Shown: positions 9,040-17,572 of the stretch, piece after piece
Layout: every line of letters begins with the position of its first letter
How positions within the stretch are numbered: the first letter of the stretch is position 1
Assembly: GCA_040830765.1 (NCBI GenBank)
Contig: JBFOMH010000034.1
Location: forward strand, 1 to 39,706
DNA: 39,706 bases
Reading direction: 5' to 3'
Origin: Puniceicoccaceae bacterium
GTDB taxonomy: Bacteria > Verrucomicrobiota > Verrucomicrobiia > Opitutales > Oceanipulchritudinaceae
The notes under the pieces: generated by a model
The model's database searches: none
Told to the model about the DNA's origin: nothing
The model's input: only the letters and a program-made list of their open reading frames with translations
Made by a program: the position numbers and the translations under genes

Positions 9040-11670
9040 TCAGGCCTCATGGGGATATTCGACTTGCACCTCTTCAGAATTTGATTCCCCGGGAAACCGG
9101 ACCTGGAATGTTTTCACCTTAATCCCGTCGACATACTTCCCGCCGGCCGGGCTCACGGAAATTTTTCGATTGGATTGGTCCCACCTGATCAGGGTCTCCC
9201 GGTATTCACCGTCTTCATACTGGTAACCGTCCCCGTGGTCTTCATACAGGATGAAGGACGCATCGGTTCCCGGGTAAACCCGCAATTCCAGATGCTCGCC
9301 GGTATAGGCCTTGGTATGGCTCAGTTTGTTTGGTTCGATAGGAAGAATGCTGCCGGCACGGACAAAGAGGGGGATATTTTTAAGCGGGCAGGGAGCCGTT
9401 ATGGCTTGTCCGCCCGGATAAAAATTCTCCGTCCAGAAATCATACCAGCCGGTTCCCCCTGGCAGGTACACCTGACGTTCCGTTACGCCCTGCTCAAGGA
9501 CCGGGCAAACGAGGAGGCTTGCGCCCAGCAGGAAACTGTCATGTACCTGGTGGGCTTCCTCGTCCTGTGGGAATTCCAGCAGCAGGGGGCGCATGAACGG
9601 GAGTCCCGTTTTATGGTTCTCCCATGCCAGGCTGTAGAAGTAGGGGAGAAGCTGATAATGAAAATCAATCCATTCGTGCAGGATTTGCTCCGAGGATTCC
9701 CCAAAGCGCCAAATCTCCTTTGGCAAGTTGGTCCCGTGGTTTCGCATTATCGGATTGAAACAGGCAAACTGGAACCAGCGGATGAAAAGTTCCCGGTACT
9801 CTTCCGTCTCCGGATCATCTCCGAAGAACCCGCCGATATCCGAGTTCCAGTAGGGAATCCCGCTCAAGCCCATGTTCAGGGCCATGGGAACCTGTTCTTG
9901 GAGGGCCTCCCAATTGCCTTCGGTATCTCCTGACCAGATGGCGGTGGCATAGCGTTGCTGGCCGGCAAACCCGGAACGGGGCAGGAGGCAAACCCGGCGG
10001 TCCTTACTCACCTTTCGTTGTGCCTCGTAGTAACCCCGGCAAAGGTAGAAGGAAAAGGCGTTGAGAACCGAGGCCGTATCCCCGGTGTAGTTTGGCGTTA
10101 ATCCCTCCAGCAGGGACTCGGGCGTCAGTGGATGGACGATTTTAGGCTCAGTGGTATCGAGCCAGAAGATATCGACTCCCGATTCAAAGAACACTTCCCG
10201 GGTATGCTCCCAGTAAGCCTGCACGGCTTCGGGATTGTAGGGATCTATCCAAAGCCCTCCATCACGTTCCGCCTTGGGGAGGAGATATCCCCTGGAGAAA
10301 AACGCATCATACAGCGGGGCACCCGGTGCGATCTGGGCATAGTTGGAAAGCATCAGGTTGCAGTGGAGGCGTTCATGGAGGTCCGCGAAAATCCGGGGGT
10401 GATCCGGATAGCGGTCTGGATCAAACCAGGGCTCACCCCAGGTATGGGGCTCCCAGTAGCGCCAGTCCTGGACAACAATGTCGATGGGGATATCCCGTTT
10501 GCGGTGTTCCTCGACAACGCCAACCAGCTCCTCGCTGTTCTGGTAACGCTCCCGTGACTGCCAGTAACCGAACACATATCGGGGCATCAGGGGAGCGGGC
10601 CCAGTGAGCCGGTTGTAAGTCGAAAGGATTTCATTTGGCTCACCCGCGATCACATAGTAATCGGCTGTAGGGGCATGTTGGGACCAAAAGGAAAACTGGT
10701 CCGGTTCCACCGGTTCCTGCCATTGCAGGTAGGCATAGGCCCCCAACCAGCTTGTCCCCTGGGAGGCTTCCAGCTTGATAGGGTACTGCTTTCCGGATTC
10801 AAGAATCAAATCCGCCTGATGACGTTTGTGTGAACCGCGCGAATCGATTACACAATCCTCTCCAACCCAGAGCCTGCCACCGGCAGGCAAGTCGAGATAA
10901 AGCGTGTGCAAGCCTGTGGTCAGGGGGCTCAGGTATCCTGTCCAGCGGATATAAAAGGCATCTTCTAATGATTCATGATGCTTGTGCCATCCCTCCACCA
11001 TGGCCCACCACTTTTTCCTGATCTGTGGCTCCTTCGCCCTTGATTTCAAGTCGGTCATTTCCGCGTCGCGAAAATACTCTCCGATAACGCCATTTCCACT
11101 TCCGTCAGCCGCATGCAGGCATTCTGTTGGAATCGGGCGAATGGGGTTGCCGAGCGCGCTGTGGCTGGCGTTGTCCCACAGGATTCCATAGCCCGCACTG
11201 CTGTAAAGGAAAGGCACGACGATGGTCGTGTTTTCCTGTAGTAGGTCGACACTCTTTCCCCGGAAATTCCAGCCAACGCCCATTTGATGGCCCAGGCCAT
11301 GAAGGCTCTCATCGGGGTCCTGGAAGACAAATCTTTGGCGACGGGAAACTAGGGCATGCCCGAAAAGTTCTTCTTCCCGTGTTTCCCGGGCTCCCGTTTC
11401 CGGCTCCATGAGAAACGTCTTGCCGGTGCCATCCTTAAACCGGAGCCGACCGGAGGGTTTTTCAATTTCCACAGTAAGGTCACCGGTGGAAAACCGGACC
11501 GATTCCCCTGTTTCCGAGGTTTCCACCGCGCCGGGATAATGAGGAAGTTCCGGCACCGTCAAGGTTGATGGAAGTTCCTTCCCCTCGCCTTGGTTGACGC
11601 GCACGCCATTTGAGGAAAAGAAGGTCAGGTTGATGACGCCGTCGTCGACTTTAACTGTGTGGGGATTCAT
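9040..11670 (-). CDS. GH31 alpha-glycosidase (alpha-xylosidase-like) with an inserted PA14 domain
   Basis: 876 aa. GYWQSRERY, IPIDIVVQDWRYW, nucleophile FWLDTTEP, acid/base WSGD, YWNSDIGGF and MRNHG motifs. PA14-like insert (GVIGEYF...FYIRWTGYLSP..TG.HTL...GGRLWV). No signal peptide. Confidence 0.92.
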   Translation of the reverse strand: MNPHTVKVDDGVINLTFFSSNGVRVNQGEGKELPSTLTVPELPHYPGAVETSETGESVRFSTGDLTVEIEKPSGRLRFKDGTGKTFLMEPETGARETREEELFGHALVSRRQRFVFQDPDESLHGLGHQMGVGWNFRGKSVDLLQENTTIVVPFLYSSAGYGILWDNASHSALGNPIRPIPTECLHAADGSGNGVIGEYFRDAEMTDLKSRAKEPQIRKKWWAMVEGWHKHHESLEDAFYIRWTGYLSPLTTGLHTLYLDLPAGGRLWVGEDCVIDSRGSHKRHQADLILESGKQYPIKLEASQGTSWLGAYAYLQWQEPVEPDQFSFWSQHAPTADYYVIAGEPNEILSTYNRLTGPAPLMPRYVFGYWQSRERYQNSEELVGVVEEHRKRDIPIDIVVQDWRYWEPHTWGEPWFDPDRYPDHPRIFADLHERLHCNLMLSNYAQIAPGAPLYDAFFSRGYLLPKAERDGGLWIDPYNPEAVQAYWEHTREVFFESGVDIFWLDTTEPKIVHPLTPESLLEGLTPNYTGDTASVLNAFSFYLCRGYYEAQRKVSKDRRVCLLPRSGFAGQQRYATAIWSGDTEGNWEALQEQVPMALNMGLSGIPYWNSDIGGFFGDDPETEEYRELFIRWFQFACFNPIMRNHGTNLPKEIWRFGESSEQILHEWIDFHYQLLPYFYSLAWENHKTGLPFMRPLLLEFPQDEEAHQVHDSFLLGASLLVCPVLEQGVTERQVYLPGGTGWYDFWTENFYPGGQAITAPCPLKNIPLFVRAGSILPIEPNKLSHTKAYTGEHLELRVYPGTDASFILYEDHGDGYQYEDGEYRETLIRWDQSNRKISVSPAGGKYVDGIKVKTFQVRFPGESNSEEVQVEYPHEA

Positions 11671-11720
11671 GTTCCTTGGCTGATTCTGTTATTCAATTGA
11701 CCGTCTTACAGGTCCTCAAC

Positions 11721-11750
11721 GTAAAAGCGCGGGCTTTCACCCGCGCTTTA
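11721..11750 (-). terminator. Intrinsic terminator hairpin, possibly bidirectional
   Basis: AAAGCGCGGG-ctttca-CCCGCGCTTT stem-loop (11724-11749); reads ...CCCGCGCTTTTA on the minus strand, downstream of the 11796..12740 gene. Confidence 0.7.
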
Positions 11751-11795
11751 CTTGTGTTACCCTTGTTAACCTTGCTACCCTAAAATTCTGTATGC

Positions 11796-12740
11796 TTATG
11801 GGGCGGGGACGAATACCCAGCCACTGTCATTTCCAATGTAGATGTAGCTGTTCAGGCTTACCACCCAGATCCATGGATCGAGGGTGACATTCACCCAACC
11901 CAGCCACGGGGTGGTATCGGCCCAACCGTCCACATCGACGGGATAACCGTACCAATCGGTCTCTTCACTGGGCAAGAGCGCCACGGCCGTGCCCTTGTAC
12001 CCGATGTTCCCGCCGGCATTCATGAGTATCAGATAGTCACCGGGCGCAGTAGCAGTGGCGGTGATCTGTGCACAGGCGAACAGGCGCTCATCCCCGAAGA
12101 AACCTTCCGCACCGCCGCTGGTTATGGCCATGAATTTGTCGTCCACGATGGCACCATCGGCCGTATAGTGGGTAACCATCAGGGTGTGGCTGTCCTGGAA
12201 GGAAAAATCCCAGCTGGAGTATTTATAACCATCGTTGAACCAGTGGTAGACCGTAACTTCCTGATCACTTGCCAGGTCAATCCGGGTGATCAGGGTGGAT
12301 AGCTGGTCTCCAGGCAGCCAACCGGAATGCGAGACCCCCCAGTAATCCGATCCAAACGGGAATGGACTGCCATCGGTCCACTCAAAGACAGGATGCCAGC
12401 GATCCGGATCCGGCCACTGGTTGGATCCATAGGCTCCTCCGCCGGGATCTTCCGCATTTGTTCCCACGATGAATTGGCCCCCGGCTTTCTGGGCCAGAAT
12501 ACCGATGGTCCCATCGTTACGGGGAATCATGTAATCGACGTACGGTGGCTCCGATACCCGGATGCTCTTTTCGCTGTCAATGGTATCGTTGAAGTCCGGT
12601 GCGGGGCCTACTGCTTCCTGATAGCCAAATGGGAGGGGCTCTCCATCCTGGATCTTTGTCACTTCCAATGTGAGCGCCTGCAAGGACACGCAGGTAGCAG
12701 CAATTCCACAGGTAAGTAAGGGGCGTTTTCTTATTTTCAT
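11796..12740 (-). CDS. Secreted protein of unknown family (paralog 1 of 4) with a short Trp-rich C-terminal tail
   Basis: Start placed at ATG 12740 (MKIRKRPLLTCGIAATCVSLQA-LTLEV, signal peptide) by alignment to the paralogs. Contains AYGSNQWPDPDRWHPVFEWTDG; tail begins WYGYPVDVDGWADTTPWLGWVNV. Confidence 0.85.
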   Translation of the reverse strand: MKIRKRPLLTCGIAATCVSLQALTLEVTKIQDGEPLPFGYQEAVGPAPDFNDTIDSEKSIRVSEPPYVDYMIPRNDGTIGILAQKAGGQFIVGTNAEDPGGGAYGSNQWPDPDRWHPVFEWTDGSPFPFGSDYWGVSHSGWLPGDQLSTLITRIDLASDQEVTVYHWFNDGYKYSSWDFSFQDSHTLMVTHYTADGAIVDDKFMAITSGGAEGFFGDERLFACAQITATATAPGDYLILMNAGGNIGYKGTAVALLPSEETDWYGYPVDVDGWADTTPWLGWVNVTLDPWIWVVSLNSYIYIGNDSGWVFVPAP

Positions 12741-12861
12741 AGGATAGACACAAGTAATCAGACTGAATCGATTCGGTTCAACAAGGGTTCGGTATAATTT
12801 TCTCTTTATGGGCAAAAGCATATTCATGTGAAATGCCTTTCGCGGTTTTGTTCCCCGATTA

Positions 12862-12877
12862 ATTCGCCCCTGCGAAA
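12862..12877. promoter_or_regulatory. Palindromic operator ATTCG-N6-CGAA (probable IclR site)
   Basis: ATTCG-CCCCTG-CGAAA in the divergent gap between paralog 1 and the IclR gene. Confidence 0.7.
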
Positions 12878-12959
12878 CGCCGGGAAGAGGGCATAAAAAA
12901 GCACTTCATTTACATTTGAGAGTGCCCTCTACCGCGCTTGAATTGTGCCCATTTGCGGA

Positions 12960-12987
12960 TTTACAAACAACCAGTCAGCCCTATTAT
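12960..12987 (+). promoter_or_regulatory. Candidate sigma70-type promoter for the IclR gene
   Basis: TTTACA (12960-12965), 16 bp spacer, TATTAT (12982-12987), about 50 bp upstream of ATG 13039. Confidence 0.35.
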
Positions 12988-13038
12988 TTTGGTGAATTTT
13001 GAAGGATTCCCTTGGATTCCCTCAAATTGGAGAAAGAA

Positions 13039-13800
13039 ATGGCCAGAACACGCAAACCTGAGAGTAATCACTTCAACATGGGCATCCGGATTCTCGAATG
13101 CCTGGTCAATTGGCCGACATCGCGAGGCGTGACGCAGCTGGCTGAAGAACTGGATTTAGCGCCTTCATCCACCCATGACTTGCTCAAGGTGCTCTGCGAG
13201 CTGGGCTTCGCGATTCATGATCCCACGACACGCAGATATGCCCCCAGTCCGAGGATTTTTGAATTCATCCATCACTTCAGTACCCAATTCGGGATTACAC
13301 CTAAGGTCCAGGAATTGATACACAAGCGCTCAACTGAACTTCAATTATCCATTTTCCTCGGTACCGCCTGGCAGAATGAGTCCTATGTTGTCTGTACCAG
13401 CGGTCCGCTGGCAGGGGGTTCGTCACTTGGTTCACATGGCCCCATTGTCCACACGGCGATTGGGAAAGCACTCATCGCCACCTACATGAAGGATGATTGG
13501 GAAACCTACGCCACCTATTATGAGGAACTCGAATATTCTGATTCAGACCCAGACAAGGCAAGGGAGGCCTTTCTGAAAGAGTTGGAACGGATTTCAGAAT
13601 CCGGTGTCGCTTGGAACCTTTTCCACACCGATTCGGATGTCTTTTCCGTTGCTGCACCATTGAGCACCCGGGGAACGAACCGGAAGTACGCCGTCGCGCT
13701 GGTCTTTACCAAGGCAATGTATCATATCCTCGACCGATCGAAGATGGAGGAAACGGTCAAGGAGATAGCCACCGAAGTGGAGGACGCGATTTCTTTCTGA
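13039..13800 (+). CDS. IclR family transcriptional regulator
   Basis: N-terminal wHTH (GIRILECL...GVTQLAEELDLAPSSTHDLLKVLCELGF...RRY) and C-terminal effector domain (HTAIGKAL, ELERISESGVA, SVAAPL). ATG 13039 is preceded by GGAGAAAGAA. Confidence 0.9.
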   Translation: MARTRKPESNHFNMGIRILECLVNWPTSRGVTQLAEELDLAPSSTHDLLKVLCELGFAIHDPTTRRYAPSPRIFEFIHHFSTQFGITPKVQELIHKRSTELQLSIFLGTAWQNESYVVCTSGPLAGGSSLGSHGPIVHTAIGKALIATYMKDDWETYATYYEELEYSDSDPDKAREAFLKELERISESGVAWNLFHTDSDVFSVAAPLSTRGTNRKYAVALVFTKAMYHILDRSKMEETVKEIATEVEDAISF

Positions 13801-13812
13801 AGCTCGTTGTCT

Positions 13813-15123
13813 TCAGGAAAGAATGCCCCCGGAATCGAGCAGGACCTTCCTCACATCGGAATAGGGCACGTCCCTGATCGCTGTTCTATTGGTGGAAGCC
13901 AAGGCTGCCGTTACGCCAGCCGCTTCCCCGATGGCCATGGCTGAAGGCGATACCCGGAAAGAGCTCATTGCTTCCTGGGTAGCGGAGATACTCCGTCCGG
14001 CGACGATGAGGTTGTCCGGTCCTTCCGATGGGATAAGGCAGCGCAGCGGAATGTCATAGTGCGTGCCCCGCTCCAACTCCACCAACTGTGTCGTGGAGGA
14101 CTCCGGAGAGTGCACGTCCAGGGCGTAGCAGCACTGGGCGATGACATCCTCGAATTGACGGCATGACAGCACATCTTCACCGGTCAGAGTATACAGTCCC
14201 TTGATTTGCCGTGATTCCCTGACCCCTATTTGCCGGGCCCGTTCGATGATTTCGACCTTTTCAAATCCTGGCAGGTACTTCCTGAAGAACCGGATTCCTT
14301 CCTCAATCTGCTGCCCGCCAATTTTCTCCGCTTTCTTTAGTTGTTCCGGGTCGGTGGGATCTTCCACGAACACCCGGCCAAAATTGACCGTGGCGTTAAG
14401 TGGTTCACCGGGAATATTCATGATGGAAGCAACATGGTCCCTTGGAATGGTCAGGTCCCCGGTTGCCTGGGCCGCGGCCACTTCCTGATGGGCACCGCTT
14501 AAACAGATGAAAGGTTGATTGATCTGCGTATCATCGCTAATTGCCGATGGCATTTTTTTTCGCAACAGGTCAATGTCGATGGGACCCAGTTTATAACAGA
14601 AGGTCAACGGCATCACTGCCCGGTCTTTTTGCCTCCCGAAGGTGTAGGGAACGCCGGCGGCATTGGCAACAATGGCATCTCCGGTGGAATCGACCAACGT
14701 GTTGTAGATTAATTTTTGCCCATCCCGAAGAAGAAGAAAGTGGTTCCCTTCGATATTCGTTTCCACTCCCCCGAACTGGGATCGGTAGAAGATATCCACC
14801 CCGGCACGTATCACCATTTCCTCAAGGAGGGTAGCGAATACGTCAGGGTTGTAGGGTTCCATAGCATATTCGAACCCCCGCGTGGCGAAGATGGCCTTGC
14901 GCTCAATCAACTGATTCCTGATGTCTGCAAATATGCCCCCGATGATCAGGCGGTATCCATCCAGGTGCGCAGGACAAAAATTATTCACCAGGGCGGCAGT
15001 TCCCATTCCACCCAATACGTCATGCCGCTCAATCAATGCCACCTTGTCCGTCAATCTGGCCGCCGCTATGGCGGCACCAATTCCCGCAGGTCCTCCCCCG
15101 GCAACTACGACATCATATGCCAT
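13813..15123 (-). CDS. FAD-dependent oxidoreductase (FAD_oxidored-type)
   Basis: YDVVVAGGGPAGIGAA dinucleotide fold, LGGMGT, DSTGDA, GVRESRQIKG, YDIPLRCLIP and NLIVAGRSISA motifs. Start at ATG 15123 with a GGAGG RBS upstream. Confidence 0.9.
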   Translation of the reverse strand: MAYDVVVAGGGPAGIGAAIAAARLTDKVALIERHDVLGGMGTAALVNNFCPAHLDGYRLIIGGIFADIRNQLIERKAIFATRGFEYAMEPYNPDVFATLLEEMVIRAGVDIFYRSQFGGVETNIEGNHFLLLRDGQKLIYNTLVDSTGDAIVANAAGVPYTFGRQKDRAVMPLTFCYKLGPIDIDLLRKKMPSAISDDTQINQPFICLSGAHQEVAAAQATGDLTIPRDHVASIMNIPGEPLNATVNFGRVFVEDPTDPEQLKKAEKIGGQQIEEGIRFFRKYLPGFEKVEIIERARQIGVRESRQIKGLYTLTGEDVLSCRQFEDVIAQCCYALDVHSPESSTTQLVELERGTHYDIPLRCLIPSEGPDNLIVAGRSISATQEAMSSFRVSPSAMAIGEAAGVTAALASTNRTAIRDVPYSDVRKVLLDSGGILS

Positions 15124-15217
15124 GGAATTATTGATCCTCCCAGTGCGTTTCACTGGTTAATGGGTGCACGCCAAAAGTTTTCCTTCAATGACAATGGCAT
15201 TGGCCCAAGGGATTTGC

Positions 15218-15233
15218 ATTCGCAAGGACGAAT
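15218..15233. promoter_or_regulatory. Palindromic operator ATTCG-N6-CGAAT
   Basis: ATTCG-CAAGGA-CGAAT, immediately followed by an extra half-site ATTCGTCACTG (15235-15245). Confidence 0.7.
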
Positions 15234-15279
15234 AATTCGTCACTGTAATCTAATTGCCCTTCTGGTCACAGAGGCAGTC

Positions 15280-15295
15280 ATTCGCCACTGCGAAA
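15280..15295. promoter_or_regulatory. Palindromic operator ATTCG-N6-CGAA
   Basis: ATTCG-CCACTG-CGAAA, the second site in the oxidoreductase/PEP-CTERM divergent gap. Confidence 0.7.
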
Positions 15296-15437
15296 GGGAA
15301 TCAGATTCTGTAGCCTTAAAGTGTGTACAAGGCAGGTCGCATGTTCCTATCCCTTGAAGCGTGCTCGGCACTACTCGTCGAATGCGTCTTGGCTATACCG
15401 CCTCTAAATTGAACCAAACAAGGAAATGCGAAGTAAT

Positions 15438-16289
15438 ATGAAAAAATATATTGTTCTACTCCTCGCCTCAGGCTTTGCGCTTACCGCATCAGCTCAGGTA
15501 GCCACTGTCTATGAAGGCTTTGACTATGCCATCGGCAGCGGCATATTGGGCCAGGGGCCCGCTGGTGCCGCCGGTACCTGGACTGGCAACGACACCAACG
15601 TTTTGGCTGGCAGCCTCAACTACACCGCCACCGCTGCTGCGCTTCCCGCTTCCGGTGGTCACATCAGCATTGATTTCATCCGCCCGAAGCTCGACATCGT
15701 AGCTGGCTCGGCTATTCGTGACACCGACGGCGACTCGACCGTATGGGTCAGCTGGCTCGCCCAGTACACGTACCTCGACGGTTACTACAGTGCCGTGGAA
15801 ATTAGCGCCAGCGATAGCTCTTCCGGTGCTGACACCTCCATCAATGCCCGTACCTTGAATATTGGAAAAACAGGAGGTGACCCAATTGACACCTTCGACC
15901 CATACTTCAATGTTATGGTGAACAACACCAGGGGTGGTAGCACCTTCGACCTCGACGGCCCCGACGGCGGCTTCTCCGACACGGGTGTCAACTTCTATGT
16001 TGTGAAGATGAACTTCGTTAACGGTGGGGATGACTCAGCTCTCATCTGGGTTAACCCAACTGTTGCTGAGTTGACTGGTGAAACAGGTGCTACCGTTGTC
16101 ACTACAGGAAGCCTGAATGGTTTCGACCACGTCTTCGTCGCCGACTTCAGCGGCAACGGTGATCTTGCCTTCGACGAACTCCGCGTTGGTCCGTCCCTCG
16201 GCAGCGTTGCGGTTCCCGAGCCGTCCACCTACGCGCTCATCCTTGGTTTCCTCGGACTCGGCTTCGCCCTCTGGCGCCGCCGCAAGTAA
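15438..16289 (+). CDS. PEP-CTERM sorting-domain protein with a beta-rich passenger of unknown function
   Basis: Signal peptide MKKYIVLLLASGFALTASA (alternative start 15426). C-terminus VPEPSTYALILGFLGLGFALWRRRK has the PEP motif, TM helix and basic tail. Confidence 0.9.
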   Translation: MKKYIVLLLASGFALTASAQVATVYEGFDYAIGSGILGQGPAGAAGTWTGNDTNVLAGSLNYTATAAALPASGGHISIDFIRPKLDIVAGSAIRDTDGDSTVWVSWLAQYTYLDGYYSAVEISASDSSSGADTSINARTLNIGKTGGDPIDTFDPYFNVMVNNTRGGSTFDLDGPDGGFSDTGVNFYVVKMNFVNGGDDSALIWVNPTVAELTGETGATVVTTGSLNGFDHVFVADFSGNGDLAFDELRVGPSLGSVAVPEPSTYALILGFLGLGFALWRRRK

Positions 16290-16315
16290 GTCCCTGTCTT
16301 ATCGCTGTCTTTCAC

Positions 16316-16352
16316 AGCCTCACCCCTTCGCCGGGGTGGGGCTTTTCTTTTT
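16316..16352 (+). terminator. Intrinsic terminator
   Basis: AGCCTCACCCC-ttcgcc-GGGGTGGGGCT followed by TTTCTTTTT. Confidence 0.85.
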
Positions 16353-16368
16353 CCACCCGATTCTGCCC

Positions 16369-16388
16369 GGATTCGCCATCACGAATCC
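16369..16388. promoter_or_regulatory. Palindromic operator, strongest copy
   Basis: GGATTCG-CCATCA-CGAATCC, a perfect 7 bp inverted repeat upstream of 16525. Confidence 0.75.
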
Positions 16389-16524
16389 AGATAGTCGCTA
16401 CACCATCTATTCGATTGGAATCCGGCACCAGCAATCTCAACCTCATGGTTAAGTTAGTGGGCAATTTAAGTTCACCTTCCTAGCTCCAAGTCAAGCCGTG
16501 CAAAAACTCCAACCTCTTGCATAG

Positions 16525-17370
16525 ATGAAGAATGTCGTTCCTTTCTTAACCATTTCCTTGGCGCTTGCTAGTACCCTTTCCGGCCTGACGATTGATGTTC
16601 AAAAGATCCTCGATGGGCAGCCCCTCCCGTTCGGCTATCAGGAGACAAACGGACCCTCGCCGGACTTCAGTTCCACCATCACCCCATCGGAGGTTCTCAA
16701 TTTGTCCGCGGGGACTTTTGTCGATTACTTGATTCCCCGCAATGATGGGACCATCGGCATCCACACACAAAAGGCGGGCGGATCGTTCATCACCAGCAAC
16801 AATGCCGACGATCCCGGTGGGACAGCCTACGGGTCCAACCAGTGGCCGGACCCTGACCGCTGGCATCCGGTCTTCGAGTGGACAGACGGCGCCGCACCCA
16901 ATGCCAGCGGCAGCGACTACTGGGGCGTGTCCCACTCCGGTTGGGGTTCCAGCGATGTTTCCCAACTTGATATCCGGATTGATCTCGCCACGATGGAGGA
17001 AGTAACCGTCTACCACTGGTTCAACGATGGCTGGCTCTATGAGGGAAGGCGGGGCCCCAACCATGACACGCTCACCGGACATACCCTTACTGTGACTCAT
17101 TTCAATGCAGTCGATGCGGTGATTGGCACGGAGAGTGTTTTGCTGACCCAGGGTGGTGCGGAAAGTTACTTCGGTGACCACCGGATATTTGCCACGGCAA
17201 CGATCACCGCGACAGCAACAGCCCCCGGTGACTATCTCATCTTGTCCAATGTGGGCGCGAATATCGGCTACAAGGGAACCGCTGTTTCGGTTGTTCCGGA
17301 ACCAGCCGCTTTAGCCCTGATGGCCGGGATGCTCTGCCTGGCCGTTGTCTTATGGCAACGGAGGGCGTAA
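16525..17370 (+). CDS. Secreted protein of unknown family (paralog 2 of 4) ending in PEP-CTERM
   Basis: Signal peptide and the same core as 11796, 17573 and 18547, but the C-terminus is VPEPAALALMAGMLCLAVVLWQRRA. Confidence 0.88.
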   Translation: MKNVVPFLTISLALASTLSGLTIDVQKILDGQPLPFGYQETNGPSPDFSSTITPSEVLNLSAGTFVDYLIPRNDGTIGIHTQKAGGSFITSNNADDPGGTAYGSNQWPDPDRWHPVFEWTDGAAPNASGSDYWGVSHSGWGSSDVSQLDIRIDLATMEEVTVYHWFNDGWLYEGRRGPNHDTLTGHTLTVTHFNAVDAVIGTESVLLTQGGAESYFGDHRIFATATITATATAPGDYLILSNVGANIGYKGTAVSVVPEPAALALMAGMLCLAVVLWQRRA

Positions 17371-17397
17371 TTTTCAGGATTAAGGGTTAAACAAGGC

Positions 17398-17428
17398 GCC
17401 TCACCCTCTCGGGGGTGAGGCATTTTCT
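17398..17428 (+). terminator. Intrinsic terminator resembling the 16316 hairpin
   Basis: GCCTCACCC-tctcgg-GGGTGAGGC followed by ATTTTCT. Confidence 0.75.
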
Positions 17429-17442
17429 CTGGAACCTCGCGA

Positions 17443-17458
17443 ATTCGCCAATACGAAT
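17443..17458. promoter_or_regulatory. Palindromic operator ATTCG-N6-CGAAT
   Basis: ATTCG-CCAATA-CGAAT followed by CCAGAT, as at 16371. Confidence 0.75.
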
Positions 17459-17572
17459 CCAGATGGCGGAGAGAGTTAAATTGGATTTGAGTGAAAAGTC
17501 CCGCCTCCTCACGTTCAAGATTACTTAGGTTACATGCATCAACAAGCAAACTCTTGAACCCCTCATCAACAA

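Noticed and set aside
15196..15217. Possible sigma54 promoter (TGGC...TTGC) upstream of the PEP-CTERM gene
   Set aside because: The GG-to-GC spacing is 12 nt rather than the required 10.
16316..17464. Repeated hairpin/palindrome units as CRISPR or REP elements
   Set aside because: Only two copies about 1.1 kb apart with a gene between them, no spacer array and no cas genes; better explained as terminator plus operator.
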